A DNA stretch of 64,000 bases from NCBI GenBank assembly GCA_964570625.1, contig CAZMYW010000006.1, positions 420 through 64,419 on the forward strand, in the 5' to 3' direction. The notes beneath the pieces are model-generated. The model was not told the origin of the DNA. It worked only from the letters and a program-made list of their open reading frames with translations, and searched no databases. The position numbers and the translations under genes were made by a program. This DNA comes from an uncultured Nitrospirota bacterium. GTDB lineage: Bacteria > Nitrospirota > Nitrospiria > 2-01-FULL-66-17. This document shows, in pieces, positions 20,208 through 31,300 of this stretch (position 1 is the first letter of the stretch; every line of letters begins with the position of its first letter).

Positions 20208-21950
20208 TTGGCGCCCTCCACGCAACCGACGCCCGACCGCTCCGACGCTTCCGTCCTGCATTCGGCCCAGCGCCTGTCTCCCGGACGGTTTCCCGAAACC
20301 CTGACCCGGCATCTCATCGAACTCCAGCGCGGCGGATTCCTCGCGCGGTTGCGCGATCGCGCGACTGATTTGTGGAACCCCGACCCCGCGCACCAGGCGG
20401 TGGCGGCCAATCGGCTGGGCTGGCTCGACGTGCTGCCGTTGATCAACACCCACGCGGCGCACCTGACCGCGTGGGCCCGCGACGCGCGCGGCCGGTTCGA
20501 CGCGTTCGCCTTGTTGGGCATGGGCGGATCCAGCCTGGCACCCGACGTCATCGCCCGCGTGGCGGCCTCGCCGCAAGACGCGGCGCGATTCGCCATGCTG
20601 GACTCCACGGATCCGGACGCGATCGCCGCGCTGGCGAAGCGGCTCGATGCCGCCAAGACCCTCCACATCGTCTCGTCAAAATCCGGCGGCACCATCGAGA
20701 CGCGCTCACACGCCGAGTTTTTCTGGGCACGCGCGGCCACACGTCCGGGGCAGGGGTTCGCCGCGATCACGGACCCGGGCTCGCCCCTGGCGCAGCTCGC
20801 GGCCGCGCGCACGTTCGAACACGTGTTCCTCAACGCCCCGGACATCGGCGGCCGGTACGCCGCGCTCTCCCTGGTGGGGCTGGTCCCCGCCGCGCTGTTG
20901 GGGCTGGACGTCACCGCGATCGCCGAGCGCACGGCCGCCATGGTGGACTCCTGCGCGCCCCAGGCGCCGACATACGACAACCCCGGGCTGGTCTTGGGCG
21001 CACTCATGGCCGTGTCCGCGCTCAACGGCGCAAACAAATTAACCCTGTTGACCTCGCCCTCGCTCCTTCCGTTTGCCGCGTGGGCCGAGCAACTGGTGGC
21101 GGAAAGCACGGGCAAAGACGGCAAAGGAGTGATCCCGGTGGTGGGCGAGCCGTTGGATCGGGTGGAGTTCGGAGCCGACCGCTGCGTGGTGGCGCTCAGG
21201 TTGAAAGACGAGGCCAGCCCGGCGCTCGACGAGATCCTCCCCGTGCTCCGCAACAGCGGCACGCCGCTGGTGGAGATCGTGCTGCCGGATCGGATGGCGG
21301 TGTTCGGCGAGTTCTACAAATGGGAGATCGCCACCGTGGTCGCGGCCGCACTACTCGGGGTGGATCCGTTCGACGAACCCAACGTCAAAGAGAGCAAGGA
21401 CATGACCGCCTCCATTCTCAACCGCGTGGAGCAAACCAAGTCTTTCGGCATCCCCCCGCCCGCAGTGGACACCGGTCACCTCGCGCTCTGGGGCGCTCCA
21501 TCACCCCCCCACCCCTCGATCGAAGGCGCCTTGCGCGCGTTCCTGGCCCCGGTCAAACCACCCATGTACCTGAGCCTGTTGGCGTACCTGAACCCGACCC
21601 CCCAAGTCGAAGCCGCCATCACGCAAATCCGCCGGGCCTTGGGTCCCACGCTGGGAGTGCCGACGCTCTTCGGCTGGGGTCCACGTTACCTCCACTCCAT
21701 CGGCCAACTCTACAAAGGCGGCCCACCCAGCGGCGCGTTCATCATCCTCACCTCAGACCACGCCACCGACCTGCCGATCCCCGAAGCCGCCTACACGTTC
21801 GAGCAATTAGAAATGGCCCAAGCCCTAGGCGACTTCGAAGCCCTGAACAAACACACCCGCCCCGTCCTTCGTATCCATCTCAAAGGCGATCTAACGACCG
21901 CACTCGCCGAGCTGGAACGCGCCGTCACCGCCAGCCTGACTGACCGTTAG
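20208..21950 (+). CDS. pgi: Glucose-6-phosphate isomerase (short, tal-pgi-type PGI domain)
   Basis: Sugar-isomerase (SIS) motifs are present (LLGMGGSSLAPDV, VSSKSGGTIET), together with the N-terminal LW..D...NRLGWL region typical of this PGI subfamily. Confidence 0.7.
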   Translation: MAPSTQPTPDRSDASVLHSAQRLSPGRFPETLTRHLIELQRGGFLARLRDRATDLWNPDPAHQAVAANRLGWLDVLPLINTHAAHLTAWARDARGRFDAFALLGMGGSSLAPDVIARVAASPQDAARFAMLDSTDPDAIAALAKRLDAAKTLHIVSSKSGGTIETRSHAEFFWARAATRPGQGFAAITDPGSPLAQLAAARTFEHVFLNAPDIGGRYAALSLVGLVPAALLGLDVTAIAERTAAMVDSCAPQAPTYDNPGLVLGALMAVSALNGANKLTLLTSPSLLPFAAWAEQLVAESTGKDGKGVIPVVGEPLDRVEFGADRCVVALRLKDEASPALDEILPVLRNSGTPLVEIVLPDRMAVFGEFYKWEIATVVAAALLGVDPFDEPNVKESKDMTASILNRVEQTKSFGIPPPAVDTGHLALWGAPSPPHPSIEGALRAFLAPVKPPMYLSLLAYLNPTPQVEAAITQIRRALGPTLGVPTLFGWGPRYLHSIGQLYKGGPPSGAFIILTSDHATDLPIPEAAYTFEQLEMAQALGDFEALNKHTRPVLRIHLKGDLTTALAELERAVTASLTDR

Positions 21951-21987
21951 TTGATCTAAGGAGGTTTCGGCCGCTTTTATGCGGCCG

Positions 21988-22110
21988 CTGGCCGCCGAGA
22001 AGTGGGTAGCTGCCAGGCGGAGCAAGAAGCCGCACCGCAGCGTACTGGGTCGTACGTGAGGATGCGGCTTCGCCGCGACAACGCCGCAGATGCCCGTTTC
22101 TCGGCGGCCA
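21988..22110 (+). repeat. Copy 3 (diverged) of the structured intergenic repeat
   Basis: It shares the core GCACCGCAGCGTACTGGGTCGTACGTGAGGA ... CAACGCCGCAGATG with copies 1 and 2. Here it is flanked by a perfect 14-bp inverted repeat (CTGGCCGCCGAGAA / TTCTCGGCGGCCAG). Confidence 0.6.
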
Positions 22111-22129
22111 GATTGACACCGGGAAGGGA

Positions 22130-22879
22130 ATGATGCTACCAACACCCGTGCCCCGCTCATCAGCCATACCAGCTCCCGCTGAAAAAGAACGCACCGTCCA
22201 GCGCATGTTCTCCGCCATCGCGCGCTGGTACGATCTCAACAACACGGTCTTGTCGCTCGGCCTCCACCACGCGTGGAAGCGTCAAGCCGTGGCGCTGACG
22301 CAGGCCAAGCCCGGCAACACCGTGCTGGATCTGTGCGCGGGCACGTGCGACCTGGCGATTTTGCTCGGGGATACGGTCCGGCCGAGCGGCCGCGTCACGG
22401 CGTGTGATCTGAACGCGGAGATGCTGGAGATCGGCCGGCGCAAAGTTGCCAAGCGCGGGTACGATGATCGCATCACCTGCGTGTTGGGCAACGCGGAGTC
22501 GCTGCAATTCGAGAGCAATACGTTCGACGCCTTGACCGTGGCCTTCGGCCTGCGCAACGTCACACACCTGGACCGGGCCCTCGCGGAAATGTATCGGGTG
22601 CTACGACCCGGCGGCCGCGCCGTGTGCCTAGAGTTCTCCCAGCCCACCAACGCGGGGTTTCGCAAGGCGTATGACTTCTACTCGTTCACGCTCCTGCCCA
22701 AGATCGGTACCTGGATCGCTCGCGACCGCACCGGTGTGTACCAGTATTTGCCGGACTCGATCCGGAACTTCCCGTCCCAGGAGCGTTTTGCCGCCATGTG
22801 GCGCGAGACCGGCTTTCACGGCGTGCGGTACGTGAACCGCTCCGGCGGCATCGTGGCTATGCACATCGGCGTGAAATGA
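22130..22879 (+). CDS. ubiE: Demethylmenaquinone/ubiquinone C-methyltransferase
   Basis: RTVQRMFSAIARWYDLNNTVLSLGLHHAWKR and the SAM-binding VLDLCAGTCDLA are present. Confidence 0.85.
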   Translation: MMLPTPVPRSSAIPAPAEKERTVQRMFSAIARWYDLNNTVLSLGLHHAWKRQAVALTQAKPGNTVLDLCAGTCDLAILLGDTVRPSGRVTACDLNAEMLEIGRRKVAKRGYDDRITCVLGNAESLQFESNTFDALTVAFGLRNVTHLDRALAEMYRVLRPGGRAVCLEFSQPTNAGFRKAYDFYSFTLLPKIGTWIARDRTGVYQYLPDSIRNFPSQERFAAMWRETGFHGVRYVNRSGGIVAMHIGVK

Positions 22880-24450
22880 GCGCGATGAAGTCCATCCTCT
22901 ACGTGTGGCTGCCGTGCAAAGAGATCTACCCCATCGGCCTGACGTACCTGGCGAACTTTATCCATGGGCACCACCCCGAGATCAGCCAGCAGATTCTGGA
23001 TCTGACGCCCATCCCGCGCGAGCGGCGCAAGCAGGTGCTGCGCGACGTGATCGCTCAGAACAAATCCGACCTGGTCTGCTTCTCCTGGCGCGACATCCAG
23101 GTGTTCGCTCCGCACGAAGGCGACGCGAGCCTGAAGTACGCATTCAACTTCTACCACTCGATCAACCCGTTCAAGAAAGCGTTCGCGTCGTACAAGGGCT
23201 TGGAATTTCTCTGGCGCTACTACCAGGGCATTCGCGAGTTCCTGGGCTATCCCTGGCTAGTGGCCGAGGAGTTCCCGGACACGCGCATGATGATCGGTGG
23301 CGGCGCGTTTTCGGTCTTTGCGGATCAATTGATCCACAAGCTGCCCGAAGGCACGATCGGCATCTTGGGCGAGGGCGAAGAAGCCGTACTCAAAGTCGTC
23401 GAAGGCAAACCACTCGACGACGAGCGCTACATGGTCAAAGAGCGTGGCGTCGTGCACTCGGGCAAGAAGGGGCATTACCTGCCGCTGACCGACTTCAATC
23501 TGGACGTGCCGTACCTTTCCAAGGTCTACCCCCAGCACACCGTACACCGTGGCAACTACATCGGCGTGCAGACCAAACGCGGCTGCCCCTACGATTGCCA
23601 GTTCTGCGAGTACCCCTACATCGAAGGCAAAGAAGTGCGGCACCGCCCGCCCGCCGCGGTGTTGCACGACATGAAGCAGCACTACGAGTTCTGGGGCACG
23701 CGCAAATTCTGGTTCACCGACGCGCAATTTATCACCGGCCGCGAAGCCTACCTGCAAGTCATGGAAATCCTGGAGCGCATCAAGGCCGAGAAATTCCAAA
23801 TCGAGTGGTCCGGTTACCTGCGCACCAGCCACATCACCGCTGAACTGGCCAAGTTGATGGTGGCCACCGGCGTGGGCGACCTGGAAGTCGCCATCACCTC
23901 GGGCTCGCAAGCCATCATCAACGAGCTGCACATGGGCTTCTCATTAGAGAAGCTCTACGAAGGCTGCCGGCACTTGAAGGATGCGGGCTTCAAAGGCAAA
24001 GTGATCCTCAATTACTCCCCCAACTCTCCGGGTGAAACCGAGCAGACCCTGCTGGAGAGCGTGGAGTCCTACAAAAAGATCGCCGCGATCCTGGGCGAAG
24101 ACCACGTCTTCCCCATGCTCTTCTTCCTGGGCGTCCAACCCCACACCGGCTTCGAAGACCGTCTGCTGACCGAAGGCTACCTGAGCCAAGGTTACAACCC
24201 CCTCTCCCTGAATCCCCTGACGATCAAGAAACTCCTCTACAACCCCGCGCCCTTCTCCAAACTGATTGCCAAGGCCTGCCTGAAGGCGTGGGAGGCCAAA
24301 GAGAAGGAACTGCGCCAGACGCATGAAGTCGCGCGCGATCTCACCGGGCACTATGCGGATACGAATCTGTTCGCCGGGGTGGTGAAGGATTCGGGCAGGC
24401 AGGTACTGATCAACATCGAGCGGGAACTGGTCGGACCGCCTGGTCGTTAG
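22876..24450 (+). CDS. B12-binding-domain radical SAM protein (class B-like), function unknown
   Basis: Radical SAM CxxxCxxC motif is present (RGCPYDCQFCEYP), with an N-terminal cobalamin-binding-like domain. The start ATG overlaps the ubiE stop (ATGA). Confidence 0.75.
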   Translation: MSAMKSILYVWLPCKEIYPIGLTYLANFIHGHHPEISQQILDLTPIPRERRKQVLRDVIAQNKSDLVCFSWRDIQVFAPHEGDASLKYAFNFYHSINPFKKAFASYKGLEFLWRYYQGIREFLGYPWLVAEEFPDTRMMIGGGAFSVFADQLIHKLPEGTIGILGEGEEAVLKVVEGKPLDDERYMVKERGVVHSGKKGHYLPLTDFNLDVPYLSKVYPQHTVHRGNYIGVQTKRGCPYDCQFCEYPYIEGKEVRHRPPAAVLHDMKQHYEFWGTRKFWFTDAQFITGREAYLQVMEILERIKAEKFQIEWSGYLRTSHITAELAKLMVATGVGDLEVAITSGSQAIINELHMGFSLEKLYEGCRHLKDAGFKGKVILNYSPNSPGETEQTLLESVESYKKIAAILGEDHVFPMLFFLGVQPHTGFEDRLLTEGYLSQGYNPLSLNPLTIKKLLYNPAPFSKLIAKACLKAWEAKEKELRQTHEVARDLTGHYADTNLFAGVVKDSGRQVLINIERELVGPPGR

Positions 24451-24524
24451 TCTCAACGCTCGCTCGTGTCATCAGCAAGGCCCGACCCCAGCGATGTGAT
24501 GGCGTCTTCCTAAGGGGTACACCG

Positions 24525-25847
24525 GTGTTGCAAATCAAACAATTTGTCCAGCGCGATCTCTGGACCACCGACCTTCGGTCGCTCTCCGTCGTGCCGCGCG
24601 TGGGCGTTCAGGCCATGCGCCTGGCCATCGCGGTGTCCCTGGAATTTCGCCATCGCTTGCTCGATGCCCGGGCCGCCGGCCTGGTCTACACCACCCTGCT
24701 GTCGCTGGTGCCGTTCCTCGCCGTGGTGTTTTCGGTGTTGAAGGGCTTCGGCGCGCACCACCAGATCGAACCCGTGTTGGCGCAGGTGCTGGAGCCGTTG
24801 GGCCCGAAGGGACAGGAAATCACCCAGCAGGTGATCGGGTTCGTGGACAACCTCAAAGTCGGGGTCCTCGGGGTGCTCGGGGTCGCGGGCCTCTTGTACA
24901 CCGCCTACTCGCTCATCGATAAGATCGAACAGTCGCTGAACGCGATCTGGCAGGTGCGCCGGGGACGATCCTGGACGCGCAAGTTCACCGACTATTTGAG
25001 CGTGCTGCTGGTCGGGCCGGTGCTGGTGGTCACGGCCCTGGGCCTGCTGGCGTCGGTCCAAAGCCAAACCCTGGTCCAACGCGTGATGGCATTCCAACCG
25101 CTGGGATCGTGGGTGGTTGCGCTGGCCCAGTTGGTCCCGTTTCTCCTGCTCGCCGTGGTCTTTGCGTTCATCTACAAGTTCGTACCCAACACCCGGGTCC
25201 ATTTTGCCTCGGCCCTGGTGGGCGGAATATCCGCCGCCGCGTTGTGGGGTCTGGCGGGCATGGCATTCGCGAAATTCGTCGCGGGATCGGGCCAATACGG
25301 CGCCATCTACTCCGGCTTCGCGATCGTGCTGTTGTTGCTGATCTGGCTCTACGCCGCGTGGCTGATCGTGCTGGTCGGCGCCCAGGTGGCGTTTTTCCAT
25401 CAACATCCGGCCGCGTATCAATCCACGTTGATGTGGCAACAACACACTTCTGCCCTGCGGGAACAGGTGGCCCTGAGAGTAGTGGCCGCGCTGACGCGAC
25501 GGTTTCTGGACGGCGCAGGCCCGGTTCGTGCGGCCGATCTGGCCAACGAACTCAACCTTCCGGCCTCCTTGGTGGAAGCGCAGGTGGACCAACTCGTGAC
25601 GCACGGCTTTCTCGGCCGCCTGAGCGAACCTGCCGGCGTGACCCTGATCAAACCACCCGACACCACGCCCATCAACGACGTGCTCGACGCGGTTCGGGAG
25701 GTCAAAGCCTCCGAAGTCATGATTCCGAACCACGCACACGACCCCATCACCGATGCGCTGCGCCGCCGCGATCAAGCCGCTGAACAAGCCCTCGCCGGGC
25801 TCACCCTGGAATCCTTGGTAACCGAACGTAATGATTCGGCACGATGA
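24525..25847 (+). CDS. YihY/BrkB-family inner-membrane protein with a ~130-aa C-terminal extension
   Basis: The family-typical N-terminus and six TM segments are present (AGLVYTTLLSLVPFLAVVFSVL...). Confidence 0.75.
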   Translation: MLQIKQFVQRDLWTTDLRSLSVVPRVGVQAMRLAIAVSLEFRHRLLDARAAGLVYTTLLSLVPFLAVVFSVLKGFGAHHQIEPVLAQVLEPLGPKGQEITQQVIGFVDNLKVGVLGVLGVAGLLYTAYSLIDKIEQSLNAIWQVRRGRSWTRKFTDYLSVLLVGPVLVVTALGLLASVQSQTLVQRVMAFQPLGSWVVALAQLVPFLLLAVVFAFIYKFVPNTRVHFASALVGGISAAALWGLAGMAFAKFVAGSGQYGAIYSGFAIVLLLLIWLYAAWLIVLVGAQVAFFHQHPAAYQSTLMWQQHTSALREQVALRVVAALTRRFLDGAGPVRAADLANELNLPASLVEAQVDQLVTHGFLGRLSEPAGVTLIKPPDTTPINDVLDAVREVKASEVMIPNHAHDPITDALRRRDQAAEQALAGLTLESLVTERNDSAR

Positions 25848-25894
25848 GGATCGTGCGCCGGATGAACAGAGGGCTGCGACTCACGCGCTCAGAG

Positions 25895-25923
25895 TAGGCT
25901 TTCCCGATAGAGGTTGTTATAAT
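25895..25923 (+). promoter_or_regulatory. Candidate sigma70-like promoter for brnTA
   Basis: A TATAAT hexamer at 25918-25923 sits 48 nt upstream of the brnT start. The -35 element is weak (TAGGCT with 17-bp spacing). Confidence 0.3.
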
Positions 25924-25938
25924 GCGCACCACGATTGA

Positions 25939-26497
<559 letters not shown>

Positions 26498-26571
26498 CAC
26501 TGCCGGTCAGCAAGCCCTGGCTGGCAGGAGATATCATGCCTAAAATGATGAGTCTGCGCGGGTAAATCTCG

Positions 26572-26997
26572 ATGCTACTTAAAATCAAGCGGCTGTCTCA
26601 GACAGCAACGATCCCGAACTACGCCCATCCCGGTGACGCAGGCATCGATCTCTATGCGGCAACATCCACTACCCTGGAACCAGGAGAAGCCAAATTGATC
26701 GCAACCGGGATTGCGGTCGAACTTCCGTCGGGCACAGAGGCGCAGGTCCGACCTCGGAGCGGCCTGGCCTTGAAACACACCGTCACCGTCCTCAACACTC
26801 CCGGCACGATCGACGAGGGCTACCGCGGCGAGATCGGCGTGGTACTCATCAACCACGGGAAAGCCCGATTCGACGTTCACCACGGCATGAAGATCGCGCA
26901 GTTGGTGGTGGCGCCCCGACTACGGGTCGAGATTTCCGAAGTCAGTCAATTGTCTGACGCAGAGCGCGGCAACGGGGGATTCGGATCAACGGGATGA
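26572..26997 (+). CDS. dut: dUTP diphosphatase
   Basis: dUTPase motifs are present ([34 protein letters not shown]). Confidence 0.9.
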   Translation: MLLKIKRLSQTATIPNYAHPGDAGIDLYAATSTTLEPGEAKLIATGIAVELPSGTEAQVRPRSGLALKHTVTVLNTPGTIDEGYRGEIGVVLINHGKARFDVHHGMKIAQLVVAPRLRVEISEVSQLSDAERGNGGFGSTG

Positions 26998-27010
26998 TCC
27001 GCGACGACCG

Positions 27011-28045
27011 ATGAGTAAGATGAAGGTAGTCCAGGTCACCAAACCCAAGGGTCCCTTTGAACTCGTGGAACGCGAGATCCCCGAGCCCGGACCCGGACAC
27101 GTGCGGATCAAGGTCCAGGCGTGCGGCATCTGCCACAGCGACATGTACACCAAAGACGGCCTCTGGCCCGGTATTCAATTCCCGCGAATTCCGGGACACG
27201 AAGTCGCCGGGGTGATCGATGCGTTAGGCCAGAGCGTCAACGGATGGACCGTTGGCCAGCGCGTGGGCGTGGGTTGGCACGGCGGCCACTGCGGGTACTG
27301 CGATTCGTGCCGCCGCGGCGAATTCGTGACCTGCCAAATCGAAAACACCGTCACCGGCATCTCCCGCGACGGCGGCTACGCCGAATACATGATCGCCCAC
27401 GAAGGAACCCTGGCCAAAATCCCCGACGCCCTCACTCCTGAAGAAGCCGCGCCCTTGATGTGCGCCGGCGTTACCACCTACAACTCCCTGCGCAACAGCG
27501 GCGCGAGGGCCGGCGATACCGTGGCCGTGCTGGGCTTAGGCGGTCTCGGCCACCTGGGCGTGCAGTACGCGAACAACATGGGCATGAGAACCATTGCCCT
27601 GGCGCGGGGCAAAGATAAAGAACCCTTGGCCAAGAAACTCGGCGCGCATCATTATATAGACAGCCAGGCCACAGACCCCGCGGCAGAACTGATGAAGCTG
27701 GGCGGAGCCAGCATCATCCTGTCCACGGTCACGGACGCCAAAGCCGTGAACGCGGTCATGGGTGGATTGGGCCTGAACGGAAAACTCGTCATCGTAGGCG
27801 CCCCGCACGAACCCCTCTCCGTGTCCCCCGGTTTCCTCATCGGAGGACGCCGATCCATTGCGGGCTGGCCCTCCGGCTCGTCCATCGATTCGCAGGACAC
27901 GCTGGCGTTCAGCGCCTTGACTGGCGTGCGGTCAATGAACGAGGTCTTCCCTCTGGAGCGCGCATCAGAGGCCTACGATCACATGATGAGCGGCAAGGCA
28001 CGGTTTCGAGTCGTTCTGACAACCGGACCACAGGGTCGGTCGTGA
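27011..28045 (+). CDS. Zinc-dependent alcohol dehydrogenase (MDR family)
   Basis: GHEVAGVIDALG, the structural-zinc Cys cluster CGYCDSCRRGEFVTC, and the GLGGLGHLGVQYA Rossmann motif are present. Confidence 0.85.
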   Translation: MSKMKVVQVTKPKGPFELVEREIPEPGPGHVRIKVQACGICHSDMYTKDGLWPGIQFPRIPGHEVAGVIDALGQSVNGWTVGQRVGVGWHGGHCGYCDSCRRGEFVTCQIENTVTGISRDGGYAEYMIAHEGTLAKIPDALTPEEAAPLMCAGVTTYNSLRNSGARAGDTVAVLGLGGLGHLGVQYANNMGMRTIALARGKDKEPLAKKLGAHHYIDSQATDPAAELMKLGGASIILSTVTDAKAVNAVMGGLGLNGKLVIVGAPHEPLSVSPGFLIGGRRSIAGWPSGSSIDSQDTLAFSALTGVRSMNEVFPLERASEAYDHMMSGKARFRVVLTTGPQGRS

Positions 28046-28184
28046 AGCGGCACGAAATCAAGATTCAAATCCTGACCCTGCCGGTAAACCCAGTGGCTCG
28101 GCCTGTCGGCGACGAGAGCGCCTTCGGGACACGCTCCCCCGAGGGATCATCCCGAAAAAGCGGTTGACTCGAAGACTCCTCCCT

Positions 28185-28309
28185 TAACCCGGCTTATTCA
28201 TGAACCTTCTACTGTACCCGCGGATATTTCCTGCGCCTTGCGGCGCTAAGCATATTTCGCTGGCGTCTTCGCGGGTTCGTTACAAACGTTCATGAATAAG
28301 CCGGGTTAA
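28185..28309. repeat. Perfect 22-bp inverted repeat (TTAACCCGGCTTATTCATGAAC) with an 81-bp spacer, ending 5 nt before the start codon of the BcsZ-BcsA fusion gene
   Basis: The arms lie at 28185-28206 and 28288-28309 and were read directly from the sequence. Confidence 0.6.
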
Positions 28310-28314
28310 CCGAA

Positions 28315-31300
28315 ATGACAACTCGCTTGTTTTCGGTTCGAGGCCTCGTCCTCGTGGCCTTCTTGTCGATCACCTGTTCGTCCGGACAGGCGCAAACGCC
28401 CGATAGCCCCAGCGACGCGGCGATCCGGCAGGTGGATGAACTCTCCGCATTGTGGAGCTTCTACAAGCACACCTACATCGCGACCGGACGCGTGATCAGT
28501 TTGGACGAACAGGGCGTCACCACATCCGAAGGGCAAGGCTACGCCATGCTCCGCGCGGTGTGGTCGAACGATCGGATCACCTTTGCGGACGCCTGGAATT
28601 GGACGAAGCAGCATCTTCAGGTCCGGAGCGATCACCTCTTTGCCTGGAAGTGGAAAGGCAAAGTGCTCTCGCTCAATTCCGCCACTGACGCCGACACCGA
28701 CATTGCCCTGGCGCTGATTCTGGCCTCGCGGCGGTTTTCCGAGCCCGCCTATGAACAAGCGGCGCTGGACGTGCTGGATTCCATTTGGAACAAGGAAATT
28801 GCGAAGATCGGTCGTCAGTATTATGTGACCGCTGGAAACTGGGCGGTCCAGGAAGACTATCCCACGATTCATGTCGCGTACCTGGCCCCGTACGCGTATG
28901 AGATCTTCGCGAGCGTGGACGACCGATATCCGTGGAAACGGTTAGTTGACAGCTCTTATCAGATCCTCGAGTGGATCTATTCCGAGCAAAGGTTGCAGCT
29001 CCCACCGGAGATTCTGTTTCTCGATAAACAGACCGGCCGGTTCCTCTTGAAGCACCCCCGCACCGGAGCGTCGGCGTCCTTTGGTTACGACGCGTTTCCG
29101 ATCTTCTGGCGGGTCGCGCTGGATGCCCAGTGGTTCGGTCGGCCCCAGAGCGAGCTTCGTCGCACCATGCTCGCATTCTTTCAAGACGAGTGGCGAGCCC
29201 GCAAGGCATTCTCCGATCGGTACTCGATTGGTGGTCAGCCGCTGTCTCGGATCGAAGGGCTTCCCCTCTACGCCACGGTCCACGCACTCGCCCTCCAGGA
29301 GGACCAAGCCCTTGCCCGCCTCATCGGCAACGCGAAGCTGGACACGCTTCGTCAGAACGCGCTGGGCGGCCGCGCGACGCCCTATTACCTGCACAACTGG
29401 CTGTGGTTCGGGCGCGCCTTCGAACTCCAAGCGTTGCGGACGTACGATGAATTTCTGGGATTTCTGCGCCCGTTCGATTTCAAAGGATTCTCGGCTCACT
29501 TCCCGTGGGCGCTGTTCGCGGTGACGATCGCCCTCTTTTTCCTCGCCCGCGTTCATCCCCGTTTCAAGCTCGCCTTTCTGGTGTGCGGCTTCGCTCTCTG
29601 CGGGTACTACCTCGTCTGGCGCCTCTTCAACACGCTGAACTTCGTGGAAACCGCGGGACCGTTTATCAGCCTCTCGTTATGGGGGGCGGAATTGTATGCT
29701 TTTTCAACCGTGCTGCTGCTCCTCGTGCAGGTGGGGCTGGGCGGAAAGCAGAAGACGCATAATGCGCCGCCGCTGCCGGGATACTCGCCATCCGTCGACA
29801 TCCTGATTCCGATTTATCCCGAATCGTGCGAGATCCTCACGAAAACGCTGGTTGCGGCCCGCGCCATCGAGTACGCAAACAAGCGCGTCTACGTGCTGGA
29901 TGACGGCCACCGCCCCGAGGTGGCCCGCGTCGCGGGGCGATTCGGCGCCACATACATCAAAGGACCGCGAACGCACGCCAAAGCCGGCAATCTCAACCAT
30001 GCGTTGGACCAAACGCAGGGCGAGCTCGTGGCGGTGTTCGATACCGATCACATTCCCGTGACCACGTTCTTGAAAGAGACCGTGCCATTCTTTGCCGATC
30101 CCAAGATGGCGGTGGTACAGACCCCGCACCACTTTTACAACCCGGACATCTTCCAGCGGGCGTTCGGGGGCAGCGAGCAGATTCCGAACGAACAGGACAT
30201 GTTCAATCACGCGATTCAGAACGGGAGGGATGCCTGGAACGGGGCGTTCTTCGTCGGGAGCGGCGCCGTGTTCCGGCGCTCGGCCCTCGCCGACGTCAAC
30301 GGCTTCAATCTCATGAGCATGACGGAGGACATCCACACCAGCCAGCATCTGCACGCCGCAGGATGGCGCTCGGCGTTTCTCGATAAGGACCTGGCGGTCG
30401 GGCTCGCGGCCGAGAATCTGTCGTCGTATCTGGGGCAACGGAGACGCTGGATGCTCGGCTGCCTGCAGATCTTCTTCAAGGACAATCCCTTGATCCGCCG
30501 AGGCCTGACAACACGGCAACGGCTGGGTTATTTCGCGTCGCTCTACTATTTCTTCTTTCCGGTGACCCGGATGGTGTTCTGGATCACCCCTCTCTATTTT
30601 CTGCTGTTCCATTTCCATCCCATTCTCTCGGACGTCTCGGTCCTGGTCGCGTACTTGCTGCCCTTCATCATCATCCTGCCGCTGATCGCGAGCACGCTCT
30701 TGCCAGGCTGGCCGCGACTGTTCTGGGCCTCGGTGTATGAAGCCACGGTCAGCTTTCAGCTCTTTCGGTCCATGTTCGATCTCTTCCTGCCCAAACGACT
30801 GGGCTTCAAGGTCACCCCGAAGGGATTGCGGTCCCACACGCGGGCGTTCGACTCCACCTCCGCGACCCTGCCCCTCATCGCGACCGGGATCACGCTCGTG
30901 GCGATCGCCAAAGGCCTGTGGGAGTTCTTCTACTTCGGCATCGAAAAGGACGCCTACTTTTTCAACCTGAGCTGGGCCTCGCTCAACCTGTTGTTCCTAC
31001 TCGTCGGCCTCTTGGTCGCCTGGGAACGACCGCAGCAACGAAGCGCGGACCGGATCAAGAAGTCGGTGCCGTTCGAGCTGGAGCGCGCCGGTGTGTCGCT
31101 GACGGGAACCACCCACGACCTCAGCTTGTCCGGGCTCTCGTTCATGACCGCGTTAAACGAGCCCATCCCGCTGTTCGGGGAGATCACCCTCCGCGACCGC
31201 GACCCGATCACGTGCCGGTATCAGGTCGTGTACCATGAACGCGTCTCGCGCCGAGCGTCCCGGTGCGGGGTCGCGTTTCTGGATGTGTCTCACGATGACC

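Noticed and set aside
28046-28314. A c-di-GMP riboswitch upstream of the BcsZ-BcsA-PilZ gene.
   Set aside because: The GEMM-I/II conserved features were not recognisable in the 5' region. The conspicuous feature here is instead the 22-bp perfect inverted repeat. An Infernal search with RF01051 and RF01786 would settle this.
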